From an uncultured Clostridia bacterium (lineage in GTDB: Bacteria; Bacillota; Clostridia; TANB77; CAG-508): DNA of 64,000 nucleotides. Below are positions 9,250-17,501 of this stretch, in pieces. Under the pieces are notes generated by a model. It worked only from the letters and a program-made list of their open reading frames with translations, did no database searches and was not told the origin of the DNA. Made by a program: the position numbers and the translations under genes. Location: the NCBI GenBank assembly GCA_944386775.1, contig CALXCJ010000002.1:221-64220 (forward strand), given 5' to 3'. Position 1 is the first letter of the stretch. Each line of letters opens with the position of its first letter.

Positions 9250-11376
9250 TTATAAATGCATTACTCTTTGTTTTATTTCTTTTGTTTTTCCTGCATTCCA
9301 GAAGTTTTCTCCTAAGTATCCGCAAGTTCTTCTTACTACTGTCATTTTTGAGTGATCTTTGTTTCCGCAGTTTGGGCATTCCCATTCATTGTCTTTGTTT
9401 ATTATTATTTCTCCATCAAATCCACATACATGGCAGTAGTCTGATTTTGTGTTGAATTCTGCATATTGTATGTTGTCATATATAAATTTAACAGCTGTTT
9501 CTAGTGCTTCAATATTATTTTGCATATTTGGAATTTCTATGTATGATATTGCTCCTCCTGATGATATGTTTTGGAATTCACTTTCAAATGATAGTTTTTG
9601 GAATGCATCTATTTTTTCTCTTACATCTACATGGTATGAGTTTGTATAATATCCTTTGTCTGTTACGTCTTTAATTGTTCCAAATTTTTCTTTGTCTATT
9701 CTTGCAAATTTGTAGCATAAGCTTTCTGCTGGTGTTCCATATAGGGCAAATCCTATATTTGTTTCTTTCTTCCATCTATCTGTTGTTTCTCTTAAGTGTT
9801 TCATTACTTTTACTGCAAAGTCATGTCCTTTAGGGTCTGTATGTGATACTCCTGTCATTAGTTTTGTCATTTCATATATTCCTATATATCCTAGTGATAT
9901 TGTAGAATATCCACCATATAGTAGTTTGTCTATTTTTTCACCTTTTGCAAGACGTGCTATTGCTCCATATTGCCAGTGAATTGGGCTTATGTCTGAGTGT
10001 GTTCCAAGAAGAGCATAGTGTCTACACATTAGTGCTTCAAAACATAGTTCTAGTCTTTCATCTAGTAATTTCCAGAATTTATCTTCGTCTCCGTCTGCTA
10101 TTATTGCTATTTGTGGTAAGTTTATACTTACTACACCTTGATTAAATCTTCCTTCAAATTTGTAGTTTCCGTTTTCATCTTTCCAAGGTGATAAGAAACT
10201 TCTGCATCCCATTGGGCTAAATACATTTCCTTCGTAGTTTTCTCTCATTTTCTTTGCTGATATATAGTCTGGGTACATTCTTTTTGCTGAACATTTTACT
10301 GCAAGTTTTGTTAAATAATCATATTCTCCACCTTTTAGTGAGTTAAATTCATCTAGTACATATACAAGTTTTGGGAATGCTGGTGTTACATATACTCCTG
10401 CTTCGTTTTTTATTCCTTCATATCTTTGTCTTAGTACTTCTTCTATTATCATAGCATTTTCTTTTATGTATGGATCTCCTTCTTCTAGGTGTAAAAATAA
10501 TGTTACAAATGGGGATTGTCCGTTTGTTGTCATTAATGTATTTATTTGATATTGAATTGTTTGTACTCCGGCTTTTAATTCTGCTTTTAATCTGTCTTGT
10601 ACTAAGTCTTCTATTACATCATCTGAAAGTTTTCCTTTATATTTCTTTTCAATTTCTGCTTTGAATTTATTGTAGCTCTTTCTTAGGTATTTTCCTAAGT
10701 GTTTTAAGTCTACAGATTGTCCACCATATTGGTTACTTGCAACTGCTGCTATTATTTGTGTTGTAACAGTACATGCTACTTGGAAACTTTTTGGACTTTC
10801 TATCATTTTTCCGTTCATTACTGTTCCATTATCTAGCATATCTTGAATGTTTATTAAACAACAGTTAAATATTGGTTGTACAAAGTAGTCTGCATCATGG
10901 AAATGTAAAATTCCTTCTTGGTCTGCTTTTGCAATTTTTTCTGGTAATAGAAGCCTTCTTGTTAGGTCTCTTGATACTTCTCCTGCTATATAGTCCCTTT
11001 GTGTTGATGCAAGCATAGTGTTTTTGTTTGAATTTTCTTCTGCAAGCTCTTTGTTTTCATTTCTGATTAACCCAAGTATTGACTCATCAGTTGTGTTTTG
11101 TTTTCTTACTAAAGCTCTTGTATATCTATATACTATGTATTTTTTTGCAAGTTCATATTTTCCAAGTTCCATTAATTTTTCTTCTATGATGTCTTGTATA
11201 TCTTCTACAAGCATTCTTTTTTTGTTTAATTCCTCTATATATTCAATTATTTGCTTAATATCCTCTTTATTTGCTCTTTCTTTTGGTTTTACCTCTTTAT
11301 TGGCTTTTTCGATTGCTGTATTTATTTTGGCTCTATCATAATCTACAGCTCTTCCATCCCTTTTAATTACTTTCAT
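9250..11376 (-). CDS. nrdD: Anaerobic ribonucleoside-triphosphate reductase
   Basis: N-terminal ATP-cone (MKVIKRDGRAVDYDRAKI), C-terminal Zn site CHVCG...CPNCG, and glycyl-radical motif RRTCGYLG. 708 aa. Confidence 0.95.
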   Translation of the reverse strand: MKVIKRDGRAVDYDRAKINTAIEKANKEVKPKERANKEDIKQIIEYIEELNKKRMLVEDIQDIIEEKLMELGKYELAKKYIVYRYTRALVRKQNTTDESILGLIRNENKELAEENSNKNTMLASTQRDYIAGEVSRDLTRRLLLPEKIAKADQEGILHFHDADYFVQPIFNCCLINIQDMLDNGTVMNGKMIESPKSFQVACTVTTQIIAAVASNQYGGQSVDLKHLGKYLRKSYNKFKAEIEKKYKGKLSDDVIEDLVQDRLKAELKAGVQTIQYQINTLMTTNGQSPFVTLFLHLEEGDPYIKENAMIIEEVLRQRYEGIKNEAGVYVTPAFPKLVYVLDEFNSLKGGEYDYLTKLAVKCSAKRMYPDYISAKKMRENYEGNVFSPMGCRSFLSPWKDENGNYKFEGRFNQGVVSINLPQIAIIADGDEDKFWKLLDERLELCFEALMCRHYALLGTHSDISPIHWQYGAIARLAKGEKIDKLLYGGYSTISLGYIGIYEMTKLMTGVSHTDPKGHDFAVKVMKHLRETTDRWKKETNIGFALYGTPAESLCYKFARIDKEKFGTIKDVTDKGYYTNSYHVDVREKIDAFQKLSFESEFQNISSGGAISYIEIPNMQNNIEALETAVKFIYDNIQYAEFNTKSDYCHVCGFDGEIIINKDNEWECPNCGNKDHSKMTVVRRTCGYLGENFWNAGKTKEIKQRVMHL

Positions 11377-11437
11377 TTTACATTTCCTCCTTCATTTTTG
11401 GTATGTCTTTATTATATATCTAAAAAATATTTTTTCT

Positions 11438-11451
11438 GTTGCATAGGCAAC
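11438..11451. promoter_or_regulatory. Dyad GTTGC-ATAG-GCAAC upstream of nrdD (candidate Crp/Fnr-type operator)
   Basis: Perfect 5-4-5 palindrome flanked by T/A runs. Its centre (11444.5) lies about 40.5 nt upstream of the TSS predicted from the minus-strand TATAAT at 11416-11411. Confidence 0.45.
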
Positions 11452-11642
11452 TTTTTTCGAATTTGTTTTTTGGTGGAATTTTTTTCTACTTTTTTCAATG
11501 GTTTAAACATCTTTTTTATTTTATTACAAATTTATTACAAAAATTATCGTTTTTTATATTTTTTTGTAATTAGGATTTTGCTTGGTAATCTGGGATTTTT
11601 TTTATTATTCACATAAAAAATTACTAGAATTTATTGTAAAAA

Positions 11643-11656
11643 GTTGCAATTGCAAC
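11643..11656. promoter_or_regulatory. Dyad GTTGC-AATT-GCAAC overlapping the -35 of the Crp/Fnr gene promoter
   Basis: Second copy of the same half-sites, embedded in AAAAAGTTGCAATTGCAACTTTTT. It overlaps TTGCAA at 11644-11649. Confidence 0.45.
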
Positions 11657-11672
11657 TTTTTTTGTGTATAAT
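11644..11672 (+). promoter_or_regulatory. Sigma-A promoter of the Crp/Fnr-family gene
   Basis: TTGCAA, a 17-nt spacer, then TATAAT (11667-11672) with a TGTG extended -10. Confidence 0.6.
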
Positions 11673-11720
11673 GTTTTTGTTTCGAGTAGAAAATTTATAT
11701 AGATTAAAGAGGTGTACTTT

Positions 11721-12353
11721 ATGGACTTAAGCTTTAAAATAGAAGATTTTGTACAAGCTTGTACTAAAAACTGTAATAAAATGCAGAAAAAAAGTTTTAA
11801 AAAAGATGAGATAATTACAACATATATAGAAAAAAGAAATCAGCTATGCATACTAATTTCTGGCTCAGCTGATTTGGTTAGATATGATTCAAATGGTAAT
11901 AAAACTATTGTTGAACATTTTAATAAATATGATATTTTTGGTGAAATTTTTTACATTATTGCAACTAATAATGAACTTTTTGTAAAAGCAAGGAAAGAAT
12001 GTGAGGTTTTGTTTTTTGCATATGATAGTTTAAAACATAGGTGCAAACAAAACTGCAAATTTCATCAAATGCTTAATGATGGCTTTTCAGAACTTATTTT
12101 AAGTAAGGTTACATTCTTAAATACTAGAGTTGAACTTTTAACAAAACGTACTATTCGTGATAAGCTTCTTGGGTATTTTACTATTTTGTCTATTAGAAAT
12201 TTTAGTAATAGCTTTTTACTTCCTTTTTCTCTTACTGACCTTGCTGATTATTTGAGTATTGATAGAAGTGCTATGATGAGAGAGATGAAGAATTTGAAGG
12301 ATGAGGGGTTTATTAGGAAGAGTGGGAATAGGATTACTTTGCTTTATAGGTGA
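11721..12353 (+). CDS. Crp/Fnr-family transcriptional regulator with two CxxxC motifs
   Basis: cNMP-binding-like barrel and a C-terminal HTH LTDLADYLSIDRSAMMREMKNLKDEGFI. Cys pairs occur in ACTKNC (N-terminal) and RCKQNC (central). Start set at ATG 11721, 8 nt after AGAGG. Confidence 0.8.
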   Translation: MDLSFKIEDFVQACTKNCNKMQKKSFKKDEIITTYIEKRNQLCILISGSADLVRYDSNGNKTIVEHFNKYDIFGEIFYIIATNNELFVKARKECEVLFFAYDSLKHRCKQNCKFHQMLNDGFSELILSKVTFLNTRVELLTKRTIRDKLLGYFTILSIRNFSNSFLLPFSLTDLADYLSIDRSAMMREMKNLKDEGFIRKSGNRITLLYR

Positions 12354-12422
12354 TTTTGGTTAATCTGGGACAGGTCCCTCGTGACCATTTTTGGTCAGTT
12401 TGGGACAGGTCTCTTGTGACCA
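12354..12422. repeat. GC-rich REP-like element, two tandem 34-35 bp units (type 1)
   Basis: The two units are TTTTGGTTAATCTGGGACAGGTCCCTCGTGACCA and TTTTTGGTCAGTTTGGGACAGGTCTCTTGTGACCA. They fill almost the entire 77-bp convergent spacer. Related copies occur at 41717-41776 and 43833-43876, with a fragment at 11577-11595. Confidence 0.8.
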
Positions 12423-12430
12423 TTTATTAG

Positions 12431-13765
12431 TTAATGTTCTTTTAAATACCTTTTTAACAAAAAGGTCAAGAAATATGGAAATGTATAAAATTTTCCGTTA
12501 AATCCTATATTTTTATTACATAATTTTATACCATATTTAATATCTTTATATAATTTGCTATTTATCAAATTATTAAGAGAAATTGTTGCATTATCATTTG
12601 CTTTTACTTCAATAGGGATTAATGAATTTTTATCCCTTAGCATAAAATCCATTTTGATTTTTTTACTATCATCTTTATAAAAATATAAATCATATCCTTC
12701 TTTTACTAGCATATCACTTACAATATTTTCATACAATGCACCCTTATATGCATTTATATTTTCGTTATTTCTTAAATCTTCTTGAACTTCTTCATCTAAT
12801 GAACCAATTAGTAAGCCGGTATCTGCAAAGTATAGTCTATAATTATCAGGATTATAGTTTCCTTTTAATGGAAGAGAAGCTTGCTCCATTGCATAAGAAA
12901 TATTTACAATTCCAGCATTTGCGAGCCATTCTACAACACCTACATATTCCCTGTTTCTTGCTCCATTTGCTATTTTTGATATTTGAAACTTTTTATTTTC
13001 ATTCCCTAAAAATACTGGTACTTTTCTATAGCAATTCAATATTTTGGTTTTATCTAGTCCTCCTGCGTATTTTGTTATATCTTCTTCATAATCTAGCAAA
13101 ATCTGCTGTTGCATTTTTAAAATTCCACTAAAATTTTTGTTTTCTATAAATTGGCTTACTATTGCAGGCATTCCTCCTACTATCATATATTCTTTAAAAT
13201 TAGTCATCATGATATCATATTGCATTTTACTTAATGGTTTTAGCTCTTTCATATGTTTATATAAATCATTAATTTGTTCATCACTATAACCTTTAGCCCA
13301 TAAGAATTCTTCAAAGTCTAGAGATCTTAATATATAGTCTTCTTTATTTCCCACACTATTTGATTCAATTTCTTTGTAGTTTATTCCCATTAAAGAACCT
13401 GAACAAATTACATCGTATCTACCGTCTTCTTTAAAGGCTTTTAATGAAGTAGCTGTACTTACACAGTCTTGCATTTCATCAAAAAAGATTAATGTATTAT
13501 TTTCGGTTATTTCAAATTCTGGCATTTTTAGTGTTATATTTTTTATTATATTATCAACTTCAAATCCTTCTTCAAATATTGTTTTAAATTGTGGTTGAAG
13601 TACAAAATTTATTTCAATAAATGTTTTATAATTGTTCTTTCCAAAGTTTCTAATTGCATTTGTTTTTCCAATTTGCCTTGCTCCTTTTACTATTAAAGGT
13701 AATTTATTGTGATTATTTTTCCATTCTATAAGATAATTATCAATTTTTCTTTTTAATCTTTCCAT
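12431..13765 (-). CDS. AAA+ ATPase, COG1373/DUF4143 type
   Basis: Walker A GARQIGKT and Walker B IFFDEMQ in a 444-aa protein. AGGAGG lies upstream. A paralog is at 27065-28366. Confidence 0.75.
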   Translation of the reverse strand: MERLKRKIDNYLIEWKNNHNKLPLIVKGARQIGKTNAIRNFGKNNYKTFIEINFVLQPQFKTIFEEGFEVDNIIKNITLKMPEFEITENNTLIFFDEMQDCVSTATSLKAFKEDGRYDVICSGSLMGINYKEIESNSVGNKEDYILRSLDFEEFLWAKGYSDEQINDLYKHMKELKPLSKMQYDIMMTNFKEYMIVGGMPAIVSQFIENKNFSGILKMQQQILLDYEEDITKYAGGLDKTKILNCYRKVPVFLGNENKKFQISKIANGARNREYVGVVEWLANAGIVNISYAMEQASLPLKGNYNPDNYRLYFADTGLLIGSLDEEVQEDLRNNENINAYKGALYENIVSDMLVKEGYDLYFYKDDSKKIKMDFMLRDKNSLIPIEVKANDNATISLNNLINSKLYKDIKYGIKLCNKNIGFNGKFYTFPYFLTFLLKRYLKEH

Positions 13766-13787
13766 ATTTTTACCTCCTAAAAATATT

Positions 13788-13866
13788 TTATCACATTTTT
13801 AGAAGGATTTCAATGTTGATTTATCACATTTTTTGAATGTTTTTTGTTTGGTATTATCACATTTTT
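13788..13866. repeat. Three phased 33-bp direct repeats (TTATCACATTTTT core)
   Basis: Cores start at 13788, 13821 and 13854, exactly 33 bp apart. The units resemble the LRR gene 3' end (AATGTTACATTATC compared with AATGTTGATTTATCAC). Confidence 0.7.
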
Positions 13867-13920
13867 CGACAAATGTTAGATTTATTGCACTCTGTAATTT
13901 TTTTATGAACATTTATGTAT

Positions 13921-16107
13921 TTAAAATGTTACATTATCTCCAAAATGTTCTTCCAATTTAATTTTTGAATCTTGTGATAAGTTTATATTGCCTGTTAAAA
14001 TTATTTTAGTATCTGGGTTTAATTCTAGTAGTGCTGTTGCATCAATTATTGAATTGTTGCTTAAATCGATGGTTAAATTAGTATTATTTTTCAACACTTT
14101 TAGGTTTTCTAGATCTTCACTCCATAATGTATTATTACTTAAATTAAGATTTGTTAAATTAGTTAGTTTAGAAAAATCTATCATTCTTCCATGTAAGTTA
14201 TTATTAGATAAATATAAATTTTGTAAACTTGTTATTTGAGATACGTTTTCAAAATTAGATATATTCGGATTATTAGTTAAGTCCAATATTAATAACTTAT
14301 TAAATTTTGATAAATCAGGTAATTCTGTTAAACTACTACTACTTAATCCTAATTTTGTAATTTTATTAACATCACAATTTACTATTGTTTTTAAGCTTTC
14401 TGTTGAAACATGTAAAGCATTTAAATTTGAAATAATATCTTCTATTTCTGATAAATCAACATTATTATTTTCTCCAATTAGATATAACAGTTTTAATTTT
14501 TTCAAATTATTAATAGGTTTTATATTTTTTAATTGATTATAATTTAGTTCAAGTCTTGTTAAATTAGTCATACTTTCCAATATTTGTTGTGATTTCGTAT
14601 CTTCTAATGTTAATTGATTATCACTTAGCACCAATTCCGCTAATTGAGTTAAACCTTCTAATGGTTCTAATGTTGTTAAGTTTTGATTATTTAATTTTAT
14701 TTTTTTATAATTAGTAAATAATCCTAATTTATCTACATCTAAAAAAATATCTCCACCCCTATCTAAAATCTTTCCTATTTCATTTAATGCCTCTAATCTT
14801 TTTCCTGTATAATTTTCTCTATTGCCATCTATTTTTGGATTGTGAAGCAAGTCTAGTGAAGTTAAAGAACTATTTGAACTTAAAGGTGTAATATCAACTA
14901 TATCATTATTACTCAAATATAATACTTCTAAATTTTTTAGATTTTCTAATCCTTCTATATTTTCTATTTTGTTATTTGCTAAATTTAAATTTGTCATATC
15001 AACGAAATTATCTAGTCCATCAATTTTTGTTATTTCGCTATTTGTTAAAGTTAGATCTTTTATATTTTTTAATTCTGCTAGTCTTTTCATATTGACATTT
15101 AAATTTCTGCAATTTAGAATTTCTAAATTATCACAAAATTTTAAAGCATCTATTATATTATCCCAATCTGTTCCAAAATTTCTTCTAAACTCCCTTAATT
15201 GTGATAAATTCTTAATTACTGTGTAATCTTTATCCGGTCCATAGTTTATAATTAAAGTTTTTAATTTAGTACAATTTTCTACACCATCCATTTTAGTAAT
15301 GTTAGGAGCATTGCTGGCATTTTCTCCTAATGTCAAACTTTCTAAATTAGGAAAAAATACTAAATCTTCTAAACTGTCCACTGCTGGATCTGTTATTGTT
15401 AAGCTTGTTTGGTTTTTCATCCATTCAAACTTCATTTCTTCTTCTGTTGCACCTGATATTGTTGATACATATTCACTAAACGCCTTACTTGCAAATCTTA
15501 TTTTTGTTTCGTCTTCTAATATCTTGTCTTCTAACTCGTCTCCATATTCACTTCCATTACTTGCTATGTATTTTACATTTAAATTGTCATCTATTAAAAA
15601 TACATCTTTTAAGCTTGCTATATTGCCTTTTCCTAAGCCTTGCATTCCGTCTACTGCATCTTCTTTTAGCACATAGTACATATAGTAGTTTCCGTCTTCT
15701 GCTTGCTGTACTGTTCTATTTACTTTTCCTTCTGTTAGTAATGTTTCTGGTGTCATTTCTTCTTGCTCTATTACTTTTTCTGTTTGCTCTAATCTTAAAT
15801 TTTCTTTTACTGCTGCAACGGCTGTTTCCATTTTGGCTGAGTTTGCTTGGTTTAGTATGCCGTTTGGTGCCGATAGTGTGCTAATTGTTACTCCTGCAAG
15901 GATTAGAAGGACTATGATTGTTACTATTAATGCAATTAGTGTTATTGCATTTTCTTTTATTTTCTTTACTTCCATTATTTCTTTTGCTGCCTTTATTCCG
16001 TTTGCTTTTTTTATTTCATTTGCTTCATTTGTTTCTTTTGCTTTCTTTATTTTCTTTGCTTTGTTTGTTTCTTTTGTTTTTCTTGATTTTCTCTTTTCTT
16101 TTAACAT
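13921..16107 (-). CDS. Leucine-rich-repeat surface protein with pilin-like N-terminal hydrophobic module
   Basis: 728 aa. Lys-rich repetitive leader, then AITLIALIVTIIVLLILAGVTISTLSAPNGIL, then about 20 LRR units (LxxLxLxxNxIxxI). GGGAGG lies before the ATG. Confidence 0.8.
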   Translation of the reverse strand: MLKEKRKSRKTKETNKAKKIKKAKETNEANEIKKANGIKAAKEIMEVKKIKENAITLIALIVTIIVLLILAGVTISTLSAPNGILNQANSAKMETAVAAVKENLRLEQTEKVIEQEEMTPETLLTEGKVNRTVQQAEDGNYYMYYVLKEDAVDGMQGLGKGNIASLKDVFLIDDNLNVKYIASNGSEYGDELEDKILEDETKIRFASKAFSEYVSTISGATEEEMKFEWMKNQTSLTITDPAVDSLEDLVFFPNLESLTLGENASNAPNITKMDGVENCTKLKTLIINYGPDKDYTVIKNLSQLREFRRNFGTDWDNIIDALKFCDNLEILNCRNLNVNMKRLAELKNIKDLTLTNSEITKIDGLDNFVDMTNLNLANNKIENIEGLENLKNLEVLYLSNNDIVDITPLSSNSSLTSLDLLHNPKIDGNRENYTGKRLEALNEIGKILDRGGDIFLDVDKLGLFTNYKKIKLNNQNLTTLEPLEGLTQLAELVLSDNQLTLEDTKSQQILESMTNLTRLELNYNQLKNIKPINNLKKLKLLYLIGENNNVDLSEIEDIISNLNALHVSTESLKTIVNCDVNKITKLGLSSSSLTELPDLSKFNKLLILDLTNNPNISNFENVSQITSLQNLYLSNNNLHGRMIDFSKLTNLTNLNLSNNTLWSEDLENLKVLKNNTNLTIDLSNNSIIDATALLELNPDTKIILTGNINLSQDSKIKLEEHFGDNVTF

Positions 16108-16221
16108 TCGTTTTCCTCCCTTTTTTCTTGTTTTGTATTCTTTTTATAATTTTCTTATACTTTTTATATAAAATATTTTGTCATTTGAAGTAATTTTTTA
16201 CTATTATTTTTTGTATATTTT

Positions 16222-16415
16222 ATAATTAAGTATAAGACTTAATTATAAACATCAAATCCAGCATTTTCCCATTCTTCATAGGATTTAGCGCTCCAAAATT
16301 TCAAATTTTTTATTTCTTTTTTTAATTATTAACTTAATATTGACTTAAAACAAAATTAGTGGTATAAAATACTTAACAAATTTTTTCAAAATAATTAATT
16401 CTTATACTTAATTAC
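16222..16415. promoter_or_regulatory. Candidate invertible promoter (inverton 1), assembled in the OFF orientation relative to the LRR gene
   Basis: Site ATAATTAAG-TATAAGA-CTTAATTAT (16222-16246) matches the reverse complement of 16391-16415 at 23/25 positions, with the 7-bp core exactly inverted. The internal promoter TTGACT-17-TATAAA (16340-16368) fires rightwards, away from the gene. Confidence 0.65.
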
Positions 16416-16488
16416 AACCTCTAAAATAGCCAACCCCATTGTATTTTCACATATATTTAATAATCCTAATTAAAAATCTTTAGAAATT

Positions 16489-16520
16489 AAAAAAACCGTT
16501 TTATCTTTTAACTTAAAACG
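16489..16520 (-). terminator. Terminator of the spoIIIA operon
   Basis: CGTTTTA (16497-16503) pairs with TAAAACG (16514-16520). On the minus strand the hairpin is followed by GTTTTTTTAATTT. Confidence 0.6.
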
Positions 16521-16573
16521 ATTTTCTATTTATAAATCAAATTTTTAAATTACACCCTACTGCCAAACCGCAA

Positions 16574-17407
16574 TTATTTTATAGCAATATGTATATTCTC
16601 TATAGACGCATTCAATTCACGAGATATTATATTTTGAATCTGTGCCACATCCTCTTCTTTTAATTCTGTAGCTCCAATTATTACTGTAACACTATCACCA
16701 TTTACAAAAATCACATTTTTATCAAATCCTTTAGTTCCAATTAAATTCTCACAAATCATAATACTATTTTTAGTATTATTTATTTTTGTAATTTCCTCTG
16801 TTGCAGATTGTTTTTGAACTTCTAAAGCATTTGTGCTATTTAATACTTTTTCATATGTTTCTATCATTTGAGAATACATTGATTCTCTTTCTAACTTAGA
16901 GTTTGTAAAATAGCTATCATCCGCTGTTTTTGAGCTTGTTTCAACAGTAGTATTTTGATTTTGTCCATTTTGATTTTGCACGTTTTCTTGATCTTCTCCT
17001 GACTTTTCTTCTTCGTTTGCTAAGTCTTGTGTATTTTCTCCATTTTCTGAAACTTTGGTTTCTGAGGCTTGATTTCCTGAAACTTGATTTTGTGTAGAAT
17101 TTGAGTTTTCACTAGTTTGCACGCTTTCTCCATTTGCCAAATTGTTATTTGTGTTATTCTCTGTATTTTGTGCATCATTTACATTTTCGGTATTTGTTTG
17201 ATTTTCTGCACTTTCATTGTTTTCTGAAATATTGCTACTTACTAATTGCGCATCTCCAATATTTGATGATCTTGATTCATCTACTACATTCGAATTTGCT
17301 AAAATACTTTTTGCTGGATCTGTTGTTGTATAGTTTAAATATCCTGCTACTACTAGCATTAATGCAATTACATATATAACAACTTGGTTTTTCTTAAAAA
17401 ATTTCAT
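16574..17407 (-). CDS. spoIIIAH: Stage III sporulation protein AH
   Basis: N-terminus MKFFKKNQVVIYVIALMLVVAGYLNY is typical of SpoIIIAH. It has a low-complexity Asn/Glu-rich linker and a C-terminal YscJ-like domain, and is the last gene of the operon. Confidence 0.8.
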   Translation of the reverse strand: MKFFKKNQVVIYVIALMLVVAGYLNYTTTDPAKSILANSNVVDESRSSNIGDAQLVSSNISENNESAENQTNTENVNDAQNTENNTNNNLANGESVQTSENSNSTQNQVSGNQASETKVSENGENTQDLANEEEKSGEDQENVQNQNGQNQNTTVETSSKTADDSYFTNSKLERESMYSQMIETYEKVLNSTNALEVQKQSATEEITKINNTKNSIMICENLIGTKGFDKNVIFVNGDSVTVIIGATELKEEDVAQIQNIISRELNASIENIHIAIK

Positions 17408-17501
17408 AGTTTAACCCCTCCAATAATAAATTTTATATTATATTTTTTTAACAATTTATTTTAAAGCACAAATTATAGGAATTTTATTTTTCTTAATACT
17501 T

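Noticed and set aside
11377-11640. Cobalamin riboswitch or NrdR boxes in the 335-nt nrdD leader
   Set aside because: The region is almost pure A+T with no B12-box-like GC-rich core. No acaCwAtATaTwGtgt-type 16-bp NrdR palindromes were found on either strand.
16253-16270. 14-nt identity AAATCCAGCATTTT between inverton 1 interior and the thrS leader gap (61396-61412)
   Set aside because: A single 14-mer match in 64 kb of biased composition is within chance expectation, and the flanks do not align.
16340-16520. Stand-alone sRNA gene driven by TTGACT-17-TATAAA
   Set aside because: The same promoter arrangement recurs at two other loci, each time between inverted 25-bp sites next to a surface-protein gene. 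An invertible promoter in the OFF state explains it better. The OFF-state transcript is kept only as a secondary hypothesis.
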